This document shows, piece after piece, positions 63,651-64,000 of a stretch of 64,000 nucleotides of DNA; positions within the stretch are counted from its first letter, which is position 1; each line of letters opens with the position of its first letter. The DNA comes from Nitrososphaerales archaeon (lineage in GTDB: Archaea; Thermoproteota; Nitrososphaeria; Nitrososphaerales; UBA213). Both the position numbers and the translations under genes were made by a program. The DNA lies in NCBI GenBank assembly GCA_965197925.1, contig CBDAOC010000019.1, positions 528,053 to 592,052 on the forward strand, given 5' to 3'. The notes under the pieces are model-generated. The model made no database searches, was not told where the DNA came from, and worked only from the letters and a program-made list of their open reading frames with translations.

Positions 63651-64000
63651 TAATTTCCGATTCTTGGAGTTTTATTTAAACATAATGAACAATTGGTCTA
63701 GAATTTTCTGGAATAATGTAAAATATCATGGAGTTAAATTTAATCGCTGGTGTTATTGGTACGGGCATGCAATTACTCCAAACCGGTATTTCTTGCATTC
63801 CTCGCACTCCAAAACGGAGGTCGGAATGATGAATGCATTGCCGGAAGGATGAAAAGATTGCAACATGTTCATTCTTAAATTGAATTACGCCTTGCTCCTT
63901 AAATTCAGGAACCTAGGGCGGATGTACCTGGAATAAAACTATCCGTCAATGGGAAGGAATGGCCAGACCCCTGACGGAGGAGACAATCCGTATTTTTTTA

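Noticed and set aside
7783..63852. Numerous antisense or alternate-frame ORFs in the track (e.g. 13198-13692, 18659-19150, 19491-19973, 23841-24308, 54043-54423, 63475-63852)
   Set aside because: They are shadows of well-supported genes and carry no recognisable motifs.

Overview
The window is archaeal chromosomal DNA from a member of the Thaumarchaeota/Nitrososphaeria. This rests on TFB, Dph5, DnaG, RibK/RibL, an 11-subunit complex I in the order nuoABCDHIJKMLN, 3HP/4HB-cycle enzymes, a CFI-box C-terminal domain and intron-containing tRNAs. Core genes are intact. Accessory regions are eroding: three IS types occur as 7 copies plus one end remnant, with IS-on-IS junctions, several pseudogenes and many short tandem duplications. 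The most notable observations are: (1) two tRNA genes with BHB-defined introns at non-canonical positions, a tRNA-Ile2(CAU)-like gene with introns at 9/10 and 37/38 and tRNA-Glu(UUC) with an intron at 15/16; (2) a ~37.8-kb block carrying the nuo operon and both tRNAs, bracketed by inverted IS copies and lying between two carbon-fixation genes that are adjacent in Nitrosopumilus maritimus; (3) a secreted WD40 protein gene made of near-identical 123-bp DNA repeats; (4) an unexplained long inverted-repeat element at about 5.4-5.8 kb; (5) a candidate structured ncRNA at the right end. No CRISPR array, rRNA, reverse transcriptase or recognisable defence system was seen. All family assignments come from motif recognition by eye, not from database searches.
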